Source: a virus
IMG/VR virus record: IMGVR_UViG_3300027619_000001
Reading direction: 5' to 3' (one strand)
Length of the DNA stretch: 64,000 bases
In this document: positions 53,229 through 63,025 of the stretch, in pieces
Position numbering within the stretch: the stretch's first letter is position 1
Layout of the letters: the number at the start of each line of letters is the position of its first letter
The notes under the pieces: model-generated
Databases searched by the model: none
Told to the model about the DNA's origin: nothing
Seen by the model: the letters and a program-made list of their open reading frames with translations, nothing else
Program-made: the position numbers and the translations under genes

Positions 53229-53859
53229 TATTCGCGACACGATTATCTTCGGACTCCTCGCTCACGGACTGTCCGAGGAAGAAATCGCGGCCAAGATGCA
53301 TACCGATCTCCAGGAAGTCGCCGATGGCCGTGTCCGTATGCTCGCCCATAAAGCCACGCTCAACCACGAGATCGTGGATATGATCAGCAACCAGATCGTG
53401 ATCGAAGCCGCGAAGAGTGGCAAGGTAAAGGCCGCTCTGGATAACGTACTGGGCGCAAAACGTGTCGTGGTGACCAGCGCGGGTGTGGCAGTCCATCCGG
53501 ACACGGGCGAGTTGATCACCGAACCTGATGTAGCGATGCAGAACGAGGGTATCAAGACCTGGAGTTCCATCGCCAAGAATATCCGCGCGCAGGGTGCAGC
53601 GGTCCAGGTCAACGCCCAATTCAACAACTCGAACACCCAGAATAACGTCATCAGCGGTGGACGGAGCTTTGAAGCGAGACGGCGGGCGGCTGCGGAGCGC
53701 AGGGGAGTAGTGGTGGATGGAAATGGTGGAGCGGGGACGGTAGTGGCGGATGCGGAAACGCAAGAGGAATTGGATGAGGAACTGCCTGATGGAGAAACCA
53801 ATATAGAGTTGGACGACGCCGACGAAATTGATGACGATACCGAAGACGAGGAGGACTAA
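53182..53859 (+). CDS. HTH DNA-binding protein with acidic tail; small-terminase candidate
   Basis: First in-frame ATG of the second half of track ORF 52729..53859. HTH-like GLSEEEIAAKMHTDLQEVADGRV. Poly-acidic C-terminus. Located upstream of terL. Confidence 0.35.
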   Translation: MPKHSYKNRPITHKPNIRDTIIFGLLAHGLSEEEIAAKMHTDLQEVADGRVRMLAHKATLNHEIVDMISNQIVIEAAKSGKVKAALDNVLGAKRVVVTSAGVAVHPDTGELITEPDVAMQNEGIKTWSSIAKNIRAQGAAVQVNAQFNNSNTQNNVISGGRSFEARRRAAAERRGVVVDGNGGAGTVVADAETQEELDEELPDGETNIELDDADEIDDDTEDEED

Positions 53860-54022
53860 ATTAATGGAATGGACAGATCAGGTAATGCTGTGGGCGTTTC
53901 GCATTGTGGCTTGGATCGTGGTGCTGTGCGATATCGGGATGATAGCCGCTAAACTATTCAAGAGATAGTCCGCTATGTTCGTTCCCCGCCGCGACAATAC
54001 GCTCAATAAAGGAGGGCGCGAT

Positions 54023-54295
54023 ATGCAAATCGGTCACTGGGACGCGGAACGCCTGATCTTTGACGGAGAAATCCTCACCACGGATTCAGGCCGCGAGCTT
54101 CCCCTGAAACTCCTAACTCAGCAGGAATATAACAATCTCTGGGAATCCATTCCGATGCGGCAATGCTATCGCATGGAGCAGTCGCCATTCCTCCAGTCGA
54201 ACGGCTATCGCTGTATCGTGACGGATTCGTTAATAGCGTGCATCAGTCAGACAGGAAACGGAATTCCGGTGAACGCCAGTGTTTATCCCGCGTAG
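54023..54295 (+). CDS. Small hypothetical protein
   Basis: RBS aaaggaggg before Met MQIGHW. Confidence 0.4.
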   Translation: MQIGHWDAERLIFDGEILTTDSGRELPLKLLTQQEYNNLWESIPMRQCYRMEQSPFLQSNGYRCIVTDSLIACISQTGNGIPVNASVYPA

Positions 54296-54313
54296 AGACA
54301 ACCCGCGCAACTA

Positions 54314-56572
54314 ATGGGCATCAAGCGCAAAGACGAGAGCCTGAATGACGCTATAGAGGCGTTGGACGAACTCTTTGTGTCCGACGCGGGCTCTGACTTT
54401 AATCGTGCTTGGGAAATAGTCAACGCGCAATTCGATTACTCGGAGTTTATAGACGACCAAATCGAAAAGTGTACATACGATCGACGCTACTACTTGGAGA
54501 ATTACCACATCATCAAAGACGAGCAGGGTCACCCACAAACTCTCTATCCCCTCCTCGATCAACAGGAGCTAATTCTAGAAACCATCGAGCGTGACTGGAC
54601 TACGGATGGATGTTACCGCCGCATCATCGTCAAGCCCAGACAGTGCGGAGGCACGATCATCGCGGGCGCTCTGACTTTTCAGGCGACTATTTTCAACGAG
54701 CGCATGTTCACTCTGATGATGGCCCAAAACCGGGATACGACTTCGGAACTAGCACGCCGCATCAAAGATGCGTTTTATAATTTGCCCTGGTGGGCTCGTC
54801 CGAGGCGCGAGTCGGAAGTTCAGGACACGCACTACATATTCCAAGAGCCGGATGAAAAGAAACGCCTCTCCGATCCGGGATTGGGTTCCACGCTTATCAT
54901 CTCTAACGCCGCGAAAGAGGCGGGCATTGCGATTGGCAAGACCATAAGGTGCGCGCACTTTTCGGAAGTCTCTCGCTGGCCCGAGTCCGACGCTTGGACA
55001 AGCGACATTGAGCCTTCCATGAATGCGCCCGATACACGCGCCATCATGGAATCCACAGGCTATGGCAGGCGCGGGATTTTTTACAACATGTGGCTGGAGG
55101 CTGTCGAAGGCGGCGATACGGACTGGAAGCCACTGTTCATTCCGGTGTATCGTGTCCGCAAATATTTCATGCCTATCCGCAAGAGGGAGCAATTCGTTCT
55201 CACCGATAAAGAGAGCGCGTTTCGTGAAAGAATACGAACTATCGGCGATGGCATCGGAAAGTACACTATTCCCAAAGGCTTTTTCAAGTGGCAGCGCCGC
55301 AAGATAAAATCCTATATCAAAAAAGCCCGATCCGCGGAGGGTATCTATCAGTATCAGGAATCCTATCCCGACACTTGGGAAGTGGCTTTTATTTCTTCCG
55401 GTCTATGCGCGTTCCCGAGAACGTGCCTCGACGACCAAGAGAGATTGCATTGCCGTGATCCGATACTGATCGGCGACGTGGAATACGCGGGTATAGACAC
55501 GGCACCTAGATTCATCAACCTTCATCCGCCTCGGCCAGAAGAGTTGCTCAGAAAACCCGAACACGAGAACCGCCTTTGGATATGGGAGGAGCCGGATAGT
55601 CTCGACGAATCGACGGAATACTACATAAGCGCAGACGTGGCATCCGGGCAGGGAAAGGATTTCTCGTCCTGCGACATTTTTCGCTTGGGATTCGGTAAAG
55701 ATGGATGGACGCAAGTCGCTAACTGGCATGGGAAAATAAACGCCTCTCATTACGCGCGGATCATCGCCGCTCTCGGTTACTGGTATCACGGTGCCGAGGT
55801 GGCGGTGGAGTACCTCGGTCCCGGCGTTACCACGGGTGACGAACTCAAAAACCAATTAGACTACGCCGCGTTGTATCGCTGGCGCGTTATGGATAAGATC
55901 AGCGGCAATGCCACTCTTCACGTCCATTGGATGACGAATTACAAAACGCGTGAAGACATGATCCAGCGCGCGTATGAGGCGTTGATTGATGAGACGGTAA
56001 AGATTCGCAACAAACACACAATCGCCGAAATGCGCGACTTTGCCCGGTATGAAGGAGAGGGACGCGCCGAGGGTATCGACAATAACGACGATTATGTTTT
56101 TTCTCTGATGATCGCCATCGCTGCCTCCCATCAGGCCGGCAAAGGTGGCGCGAATTGGAACGAAGAACATCTGACATCGCGGGGAGATAGAGCGGGACTG
56201 ATGCCCAGCACGCCTGTCATTTATGCGGTGTACGACCAATACCTCCGGCAAATAGTAGACACACAGCACCCGACCGAGAAGGAATGCCAAGATATAATCG
56301 ACCAGTGCCAAGCGAAAGTGAAGATCAAGCTCCCGTGGATTGTCAGAGGTATTCAGGTGACGAAAGCGAACACCATATGGTCGCCTATCTTCGACGGGAC
56401 GAACCAGACGCCCGAGGCCGAGTTGTACAATCAATTCGGGATCGAACCGAAACGTATGAATCCCGATCTGGTGACCGCGTACCGGGATTCGTTTAGACGT
56501 GGGCAGCAGGGGCACACTCCCGACGAAATGGGGGAGTTTGTAGGCGTGAACGATGCCAGCGACGAAGACTAG
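54314..56572 (+). CDS. terL: Terminase large subunit
   Basis: 752 aa. Walker A-like VKPRQCGGTIIAG. CAHFSEVSRWPE. C-terminal nuclease-like YYISADVASGQGKDFSSCDIFRL and DDYVFSLMIAIA. Confidence 0.75.
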   Translation: MGIKRKDESLNDAIEALDELFVSDAGSDFNRAWEIVNAQFDYSEFIDDQIEKCTYDRRYYLENYHIIKDEQGHPQTLYPLLDQQELILETIERDWTTDGCYRRIIVKPRQCGGTIIAGALTFQATIFNERMFTLMMAQNRDTTSELARRIKDAFYNLPWWARPRRESEVQDTHYIFQEPDEKKRLSDPGLGSTLIISNAAKEAGIAIGKTIRCAHFSEVSRWPESDAWTSDIEPSMNAPDTRAIMESTGYGRRGIFYNMWLEAVEGGDTDWKPLFIPVYRVRKYFMPIRKREQFVLTDKESAFRERIRTIGDGIGKYTIPKGFFKWQRRKIKSYIKKARSAEGIYQYQESYPDTWEVAFISSGLCAFPRTCLDDQERLHCRDPILIGDVEYAGIDTAPRFINLHPPRPEELLRKPEHENRLWIWEEPDSLDESTEYYISADVASGQGKDFSSCDIFRLGFGKDGWTQVANWHGKINASHYARIIAALGYWYHGAEVAVEYLGPGVTTGDELKNQLDYAALYRWRVMDKISGNATLHVHWMTNYKTREDMIQRAYEALIDETVKIRNKHTIAEMRDFARYEGEGRAEGIDNNDDYVFSLMIAIAASHQAGKGGANWNEEHLTSRGDRAGLMPSTPVIYAVYDQYLRQIVDTQHPTEKECQDIIDQCQAKVKIKLPWIVRGIQVTKANTIWSPIFDGTNQTPEAELYNQFGIEPKRMNPDLVTAYRDSFRRGQQGHTPDEMGEFVGVNDASDED

Positions 56573-56774
56573 AACTATCGGCGTTACCGACGCTTTCTAC
56601 TGGGAGCTAGCGGGCAAATTGAAACCCGTAGAAGAGCGTTGCGTCGAATCCGGCCCGGACGGTACGGGACTTATTTTGTGGTCCAAGAATCCCGAAGGGG
56701 AGTGCATCAAATTGCTGTTTCAGATTGAAATAGGAGAATTTGTGAATGCGGGTGGTGACGGAGAGGACGACTGA
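56553..56774 (+). CDS. Small hypothetical protein
   Basis: 73-aa ORF overlapping the terL end by 20 nt. Confidence 0.4.
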   Translation: MPATKTRTIGVTDAFYWELAGKLKPVEERCVESGPDGTGLILWSKNPEGECIKLLFQIEIGEFVNAGGDGEDD

Positions 56775-56998
56775 TGACAATAACCATAGCCGATCTGCAA
56801 TCGGATGCTTATGCCCACAAGCGCGTTCCCGATTCCGATAGTGACGACGAATTCAACCCCTGGTTCTCCAAAACCGCTGATGGGCAAGTGCTGCTCACTA
56901 CCAAACTGGGCTGCCGTGTATATCCGGAAAGTGTTTTGTCGAATTTGAGGGCGAAGGGAATTACATTCTTGTGGGACTGGATAGAGGGTGAGTTATAA
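56774..56998 (+). CDS. Small hypothetical protein
   Basis: TGATG coupling. Confidence 0.4.
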   Translation: MTITIADLQSDAYAHKRVPDSDSDDEFNPWFSKTADGQVLLTTKLGCRVYPESVLSNLRAKGITFLWDWIEGEL

Positions 56999-57497
56999 GA
57001 TATCAAGAATAAGGACAACCGACATGCCGATCGGAGTGGAGCCGAAACGTAAATGGTCGCTGGAATCTTTCATTGTCAGCAATATCTGGCGGCTGGAGTG
57101 TAAGTATTGGTTCAAACGGCGACCGGATTGGATTCATCCACTCATCGGTCCATCATCCGAGTGTAGAGGCAGGTTCTTGGTGTTCATGTTCCGCTGGCGG
57201 CAATCGTGCTGGTGGCCTCCGTTCTGGGGGGCACTCTTCCGCTTCGATGAGGAGTACGATCCCAAGACTCGCGGCTGGCGTGTGGCGATAATAGCCATTC
57301 CGCTGTTCGCGTTTAGCTGGCAGTTCCGTTATCCGGCGTTCGATAGTTTGTGTGTCGAGACTTCGATGTGGGTGAGCGCGCTTCCGGGAATGCCCGATCC
57401 GGGAGCGATCATGCCATCAACGTATCGTAAAGTGTGGATGAGTACTCGTCTCACCGATTACCGATCATGGGAGGAGGCCGCGCGCCATCATGTTTAA
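56988..57497 (+). CDS. Trp/Arg-rich hypothetical protein
   Basis: 169-aa ORF. Start is GTG 56988 or ATG 57024. Confidence 0.4.
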   Translation: MSYKISRIRTTDMPIGVEPKRKWSLESFIVSNIWRLECKYWFKRRPDWIHPLIGPSSECRGRFLVFMFRWRQSCWWPPFWGALFRFDEEYDPKTRGWRVAIIAIPLFAFSWQFRYPAFDSLCVETSMWVSALPGMPDPGAIMPSTYRKVWMSTRLTDYRSWEEAARHHV

Positions 57498-57714
57498 CGA
57501 AGAGTGTAAGCGTTTTAATTGTCGTGTCTCAGAGATGTCCTGTGCTCCATGCGGATGCGGTGGCCACTTAGTCGTCACTAACCACCGTCACGCCGACAAC
57601 TCGTTCAAGAATTTCGATTCCCCCAATTGGATTGACGAGAGCTGGGCGCACAGCATGATAAGCGAGTCGATTGAGCATGTGTCACCGGAGGTGGCTCTGT
57701 GCCTGCTCTCCTAA
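57490..57714 (+). CDS. Cys-rich small protein
   Basis: CAPCGCGGH. Confidence 0.4.
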   Translation: MFNEECKRFNCRVSEMSCAPCGCGGHLVVTNHRHADNSFKNFDSPNWIDESWAHSMISESIEHVSPEVALCLLS

Positions 57715-58247
57715 AACCTATTGACAGTAATTGCCTCTACGTCTACTGCGCCGCTTGTGAAGCCAACGGCAACCCCAACGTCATGCTGATGCGCGAGCTT
57801 GACAAAGTTAGCTGTCCTCTGGGGCATATCTATTCCGGCCAGCAACTCATGTCCGTCGCCGGGCACTCCGAACAGGGCGCGACTGTCGCTCCCACATCCA
57901 ATCTCAACATGGTGAAACTCGTGGACTTTCAACCTGACTCTCCCTTGGATACCGACATCAAATGGAATATTTTCGTGCATCCTCAAGTTCGCTCACTGCT
58001 TGAGCAGAAGTTTAAGGGGCGATTGTGGGTGACGATCTCTACTCATCTCGCTGCCCTCGCCGACAATGCGATTGTCATACTGTCGGGTGCGGATGCGGCC
58101 AAGTTACGCAAGCGCGGACTGACCACCAGCCCGCAGATCGTAGCGGCGCTCGATGCCTCCGCCGAACTGGAAAAGGAAGTCGCACGGTTGCAAGCGCAGG
58201 TCGAACAATACGCTAACATTTTCCGTCAAGCGGGGGTGACACAGTAA
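57699..58247 (+). CDS. Hypothetical protein
   Basis: 182-aa ORF with a C-terminal coiled coil. Confidence 0.45.
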   Translation: MPALLKPIDSNCLYVYCAACEANGNPNVMLMRELDKVSCPLGHIYSGQQLMSVAGHSEQGATVAPTSNLNMVKLVDFQPDSPLDTDIKWNIFVHPQVRSLLEQKFKGRLWVTISTHLAALADNAIVILSGADAAKLRKRGLTTSPQIVAALDASAELEKEVARLQAQVEQYANIFRQAGVTQ

Positions 58248-58278
58248 CGCTTGCATCTGCTGGTACAATTCCATCAGC

Positions 58279-60153
58279 GTGGCCACTACTCCCACTCCCG
58301 TTATCGGTGAGACTCCTCCATCGGCTGCGCTCGTCTCCGCGCAAGCCAAGGCGATGATGCTGGAAAAAGAGGTGGTCGAGTACACTGATCGCTTATTTTC
58401 CCAAGCCACCGAAGACCCCGACTACGAACGTGAGTGCCGCGAGACCATGAGGCTCGTGGATTACGTTTACGAAAATCGCCAGTGGCGCGAAGGTTCCAGG
58501 TTCTCTCGCAATCGCCCGGTGATGAACAAATCCGCCCGGCACGCATGGGAGTTGACGGCTCTCCTTACCGATCTGGCCCTCGATTTCCAAGTCAGTGCGG
58601 GTACGCTCTCCGGCGAGTACTCCCAGATGCAGGAGATGCTCAACTCCCTGTGTCTGCACTGGGCTTTAAAAAATTATTTCGAGCAGCGTATCTACGACGT
58701 GGTGCTCTACGGTATTCTCCACACCGGACCGGCAAAACTTCAATGGAATTCTTCTCTGCAAGGCGGCATGGGTGATGTACAACTAGTTCCTATAGCTCCG
58801 TGGCAGTGGGCGACTCTGGGCTGCGGCAATGATCCGCAAGAAGCGGAATGCATTATGTACTTCCCGGTCGTCACCAAGGACCATCTCATCCGCCGCTTCG
58901 GCAAGACGGCGATGCGGGTGGAGTGCGATGCCGATTTCAACAACTCTCTCAGCGGCGGTTTCAACCGCCCATCGGGCATCAGCAAATCGTCGTGGGCAAC
59001 GATGGGATCGATGCTGAAAAAGAGAATGGGAGTCAAAGCCTCGGCGGGCTCGGATGATCCATACCCGAAAGCGGTACTGAAAGAATTTTGGCTCACGGAC
59101 GACAGCCGGAACGAAGGATCGGTAACGGTGACGGTTGGGCCCGCGGACAGCAATGGGGAACCACTTGTCAATTGGGCGTACCGCGTCGAACCGGGAGAGA
59201 TGTTGTATCCGCGCGGGCGCATCATCTGCACCGCAGGCGGAGCAGTCCTCGAAGACGCTCCCAATCCCTACTGGCACGCTAAGAAACCTTTTCCCGTGTT
59301 CCGTCCCAATCGCGTACCGTGGAAGATGTCGGGGAACAGCGTCCTCAAGCCGTGGGTAGAGATCAACAACATCATCAATAAGATTCTGGGCGGGTCGCTC
59401 GATTCGTTGTATTCGATTAACGAGCCCACGCTAATTGGTCCAAAGGGGGCACTCCCTAAAGCCGACTGGGACGCTCTTGATCCAGGTGCTGCGGGTGGTA
59501 AAATCGCCACCAATAATAATGCACCCGGCAAGCTCGAATTCGCAAAGCGAGCCGAGTTCCCGTTTGTTGCCGCAATGCAGTACGTGGATACGCTCTCAAA
59601 AGAGTTGGATATGTCGTCCACGAACAGCGCAATCTCTCAAGCACTGGGCAAAAAGCAAGTACCCGGTGAGGGCTCGATCGACAAGATTCTTTCCTCGCGT
59701 TCACTTCCTGTCCGCGTACAGACTCGTGCGTTAACCGACTTCGTCGAAGATACTGGATTCATGGGTGTATCGAACATGCTTCAGTTTTATACCGCTGCGC
59801 ATCGCGTTGCTATTCTCGGCCAGCAAGGATTATCGCCATCCGATTTCCGTCCTATCTACTCACAGTTTTACAATCAATCCGCCGGCATGAAGCCCGAAGA
59901 GTTTGTAAGAAAGTTTCAGTTTGTCATCAAGCCCGACTCGACTCTCGCTACCCAGCGCGACGATAAAGTTGCCATCGCAATCGCGTTGCAGAAGCAAGGC
60001 GTGCTCAGTGCTCGCGGCATGTTCGCGCGTCTCGACCCCGGATTTAATTTTGACAAGAACCAGCAGGAATTGATTGCGGAAGCCAAGATCAAAATTGCTC
60101 TGGGCGCGGTCGCTGCCGCCGCCACAGGCAAAGGCCAATCTCACAAGAAGTAA
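58279..60153 (+). CDS. Portal protein candidate
   Basis: 624-aa ORF downstream of terL and upstream of the scaffold/capsid genes. Called on size and position only. Confidence 0.5.
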   Translation: MATTPTPVIGETPPSAALVSAQAKAMMLEKEVVEYTDRLFSQATEDPDYERECRETMRLVDYVYENRQWREGSRFSRNRPVMNKSARHAWELTALLTDLALDFQVSAGTLSGEYSQMQEMLNSLCLHWALKNYFEQRIYDVVLYGILHTGPAKLQWNSSLQGGMGDVQLVPIAPWQWATLGCGNDPQEAECIMYFPVVTKDHLIRRFGKTAMRVECDADFNNSLSGGFNRPSGISKSSWATMGSMLKKRMGVKASAGSDDPYPKAVLKEFWLTDDSRNEGSVTVTVGPADSNGEPLVNWAYRVEPGEMLYPRGRIICTAGGAVLEDAPNPYWHAKKPFPVFRPNRVPWKMSGNSVLKPWVEINNIINKILGGSLDSLYSINEPTLIGPKGALPKADWDALDPGAAGGKIATNNNAPGKLEFAKRAEFPFVAAMQYVDTLSKELDMSSTNSAISQALGKKQVPGEGSIDKILSSRSLPVRVQTRALTDFVEDTGFMGVSNMLQFYTAAHRVAILGQQGLSPSDFRPIYSQFYNQSAGMKPEEFVRKFQFVIKPDSTLATQRDDKVAIAIALQKQGVLSARGMFARLDPGFNFDKNQQELIAEAKIKIALGAVAAAATGKGQSHKK

Positions 60154-60323
60154 CTCTCTCCGAAATAAATTTGCCCTTCGTGGCCTTTGCCGTAGACAAG
60201 ATTCCAATCTTGCCTTCATCATCCCCATCAGGAACAGTCGGTACCACAGCCTGCGATCCTGTTCCACGGGCCGGATGGTTGACCCGATTCGATAACTCAA
60301 ATCTGAGGAAGGAGGACAACATT

Positions 60324-60386
60324 ATGGCTCGACGCAAAGGGCGCGGCAAAAAGGGACGTAAGGGCGGCCGCAAACATAAGCGCTAA
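60324..60386 (+). CDS. 20-aa Arg/Lys/Gly peptide (speculative)
   Basis: MARRKGRGKKGRKGGRKHKR*, preceded by a strong RBS (gaggaaggagga) 7 nt upstream. Confidence 0.25.
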   Translation: MARRKGRGKKGRKGGRKHKR

Positions 60387-60509
60387 CCATTCGGTTAGTT
60401 AAGTCATCTGCGGGACGGCGAGCGGGGGTCATGCGATACGCGGATTCTCACAACCGTCCCGCAACACAATCACCTACAGCGGTAACAGTCTCACTGGGAG
60501 CACTCAATC

Positions 60510-60761
60510 ATGGCGAAAGAATCCAAGGGCAAGGGTAAGAACATGGAAGTCGGAAAGCGTCCCGGACCGGGATCGACTCACGAGTCGTTCGGTGGCAACC
60601 CCGGAGATGTGGGGATCGGCGGCGGCACGATGCACATGTTCGGGCATCGCAAGATGGAATCGGGCGTGTGGCCGGGGAATCCCGTCAGCGTGGACCAGAA
60701 GACCGGGTACCCGCAGGGATGGGACGGGAAGAGTATGGGTCCGAAGGCGGGGAAGAACTAA
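60510..60761 (+). CDS. Gly-rich small protein
   Basis: 83-aa ORF. Confidence 0.4.
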   Translation: MAKESKGKGKNMEVGKRPGPGSTHESFGGNPGDVGIGGGTMHMFGHRKMESGVWPGNPVSVDQKTGYPQGWDGKSMGPKAGKN

Positions 60762-60773
60762 CAACCGACATTC

Positions 60774-61160
60774 ATGGCTGACTCCTCCAAATCGAAAGGC
60801 GCACCGAGTTTCTACTCCGCTGCCGCCGACATGGCAATGGGCGGTAAGAGCAGCGGTGGCGCTCCGGGTGCTCCTCCTCCGGGTGGCGCTGGCGATCAGT
60901 CCGGCGAGGAAGCCAAGATCATGGCTACTCTGCTGGAAGTGTTCGATAAATGGGACAAGTTGACCAAAGACCCGAAGAAGAAGGAAAAGATTCAACAGTT
61001 GGTATCGCTCGTGAAAGAGATGCAGTCGGGTATGGGTGGGGACAGTGGTGGCAAGATGCCCCCGAGCGGAGATGCGAATCCAACGCCGGATGCGAGCGCG
61101 GCAGGTGGAGCAGGTGGTGCGCCTCCTCCTCCGGGTGGTGGGCAGCAGGTACCAGCATAA
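60774..61160 (+). CDS. Gly/Pro/Ala-rich, probably disordered protein
   Basis: 128-aa ORF with a central helical KIMATLLEVFDKWDKL segment. Confidence 0.45.
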   Translation: MADSSKSKGAPSFYSAAADMAMGGKSSGGAPGAPPPGGAGDQSGEEAKIMATLLEVFDKWDKLTKDPKKKEKIQQLVSLVKEMQSGMGGDSGGKMPPSGDANPTPDASAAGGAGGAPPPPGGGQQVPA

Positions 61161-61189
61161 CGATATCGCGGTAATGGGAGACGATTGAT

Positions 61190-62008
61190 ATGGCAAAGAC
61201 TCTGAGTGAAGAACTATTAGCCCTGATCGCGGATGATCCGGCAGCTACGGCCCGCGTCAAGGCTGCATTTGCGTCCAAACCGGAACTGATCGCGCGCGAC
61301 CTCAAAGGATCGGAACTGATCGATATCTGGTCGAATTTCGGCGGCGAGTTGGAGACTCCCGCCGTGACCACTCCGGCTGTGGTGCATACTCCCGCTCTGC
61401 CGAGTTCGGCATCGACATCCGCTGCTGCCACTGTGCCCGTAACCACCAACACTAACGACGCCGGTGGATACGCGGCGATCCTCGCCAAACTGGATGGTAT
61501 CCAGACAGGCATCGACGCCAAGATCAGTGAGCGGTTAAAGAACGTCGTGACCGAGGACAAGCTCCCCGCGTACCGATCTGAACTGCTTACCTTGGCAATC
61601 AAATCCGCCGACGACTACGCATCCGTGCGCGAGTCCCACCGCGAGGAATTCAAAGAGCCTCTGGATCGCACGGCGTTTGAAAAGTTCGTCGCCGATTCGA
61701 CCGCAGCCAATATCAAGTTTCCGTCGATGAAGGCCGCGCACGACACGTTCGTCGCCGAGAAGCGCACCGCTGCGCAAGCGACCGCGAAGAAAGCTGAGAT
61801 CGATGCCGCAGTGGCCGAAGCCCTCAAACAGCAACGGTCAAGTACGAGCGTTCCCGGCCAGACTGTCACTGCTGGCATGAGCCCGGCGGCACAAGTGATC
61901 GCGAAAGCGAAGGCGGCTAAGGCCAATAATGGTGGCGAGTCGAATGCGATGCGCGTGGCGAGATTGCTCGAAGCGCAGGACCGCGCACAGCAGGACATGA
62001 TTCAGTAG
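61190..62008 (+). CDS. Scaffolding-protein candidate
   Basis: Ala-rich helical 272-aa ORF immediately upstream of the capsid gene. Confidence 0.45.
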   Translation: MAKTLSEELLALIADDPAATARVKAAFASKPELIARDLKGSELIDIWSNFGGELETPAVTTPAVVHTPALPSSASTSAAATVPVTTNTNDAGGYAAILAKLDGIQTGIDAKISERLKNVVTEDKLPAYRSELLTLAIKSADDYASVRESHREEFKEPLDRTAFEKFVADSTAANIKFPSMKAAHDTFVAEKRTAAQATAKKAEIDAAVAEALKQQRSSTSVPGQTVTAGMSPAAQVIAKAKAAKANNGGESNAMRVARLLEAQDRAQQDMIQ

Positions 62009-62041
62009 CACAGTTGTTAACGATTTCAGGAGAACATCGCA

Positions 62042-63016
62042 ATGGCGAACTTGAGCGATATCCAAGCCGTAACCGTGAATTACGTGAGCGACACTTTTGT
62101 CGATAATTTTTTCAAAGTGTCCCCGACCTTCGTCAAAGTCTGGAAGGGCGGCGAGATGGCCAAGCCCTACCCCGGCGGCGTCCAGATCCAAGCGCCATTC
62201 CAATACGCCCCTCTGAAGGCTGGCCCGTTCGCGCCGGGCGGAGTGTTTGACATCTCCTACGTGCAGACCCAGACTGCGATGTTGTTCAATCCCAAATTCA
62301 GCTATGCGAACGTCACAGTCCGCCGCACGGACTTGGCTATCAACCGCGGCTGGCCTGCTGTGATGAACTTTTTGGAGCCTAAAGTCGTGAACGCGGAGCA
62401 AGCCCTCGCCCAAACCCTCATCACTCAGTTCTTTGAGGACGGGCAGGGTACCGTCTCCCCTCTGATCGCGCTCGACGGTATCCTCGCCGGGTACGACGAC
62501 GGTACCAATTACCCCACGTATGGTGGGATTACCCGTTCGTCAGTGGGCACGGGCGCATCCGCCGGCATCAACGGCTATTACTTCAACAACTCCGGCACCA
62601 CCTGGCCGTTCTCGCTCCAGCAACTCCAGACCGCATTCGGCCAAGCCACGTTCGGCCCCAACCAGCCGAATTTCATCGCCACCACTCAGTCCATCTACAA
62701 CTCGTTCTGGGCGAAGATGCTGCCCATGCAGCGGACGATGGAAATCGATCCCGATTTGCAAGGCGCGGGATTCCGGGCGTTCCGGTTTAACGGCATGAGT
62801 GTCGTAGTCGATCAGTATTGTCCGAGCGGGTACATTTTCGGCATGAATACCGACTACATTGACGCTTACGTCAGCGAGGATCCGGCGTTCAATTTCGGGT
62901 TCACGGGCTGGAAGGAGTTGCCGAACAGTCTGGATATGGCGGCGCAGACCGTATTCGGGGGCAACATTGTCGTGACCGCTCCGAGGCTTGGTTTCATTCT
63001 GGCGAGCGTGAGTTAA
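62042..63016 (+). CDS. Major capsid protein candidate
   Basis: 324-aa ORF with RBS caggaga. The call rests on position after portal/scaffold and on capsid-like size. Confidence 0.55.
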   Translation: MANLSDIQAVTVNYVSDTFVDNFFKVSPTFVKVWKGGEMAKPYPGGVQIQAPFQYAPLKAGPFAPGGVFDISYVQTQTAMLFNPKFSYANVTVRRTDLAINRGWPAVMNFLEPKVVNAEQALAQTLITQFFEDGQGTVSPLIALDGILAGYDDGTNYPTYGGITRSSVGTGASAGINGYYFNNSGTTWPFSLQQLQTAFGQATFGPNQPNFIATTQSIYNSFWAKMLPMQRTMEIDPDLQGAGFRAFRFNGMSVVVDQYCPSGYIFGMNTDYIDAYVSEDPAFNFGFTGWKELPNSLDMAAQTVFGGNIVVTAPRLGFILASVS

Positions 63017-63025
63017 AATGGCGCA

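Noticed and set aside
52729-53859. Full-length 376-aa track ORF.
   Set aside because: Its first about 150 codons overlap the membrane-protein gene 52641..53228 in another frame and are Pro/Ser/Arg-rich shadow. Only the part from ATG 53182 looks protein-like.
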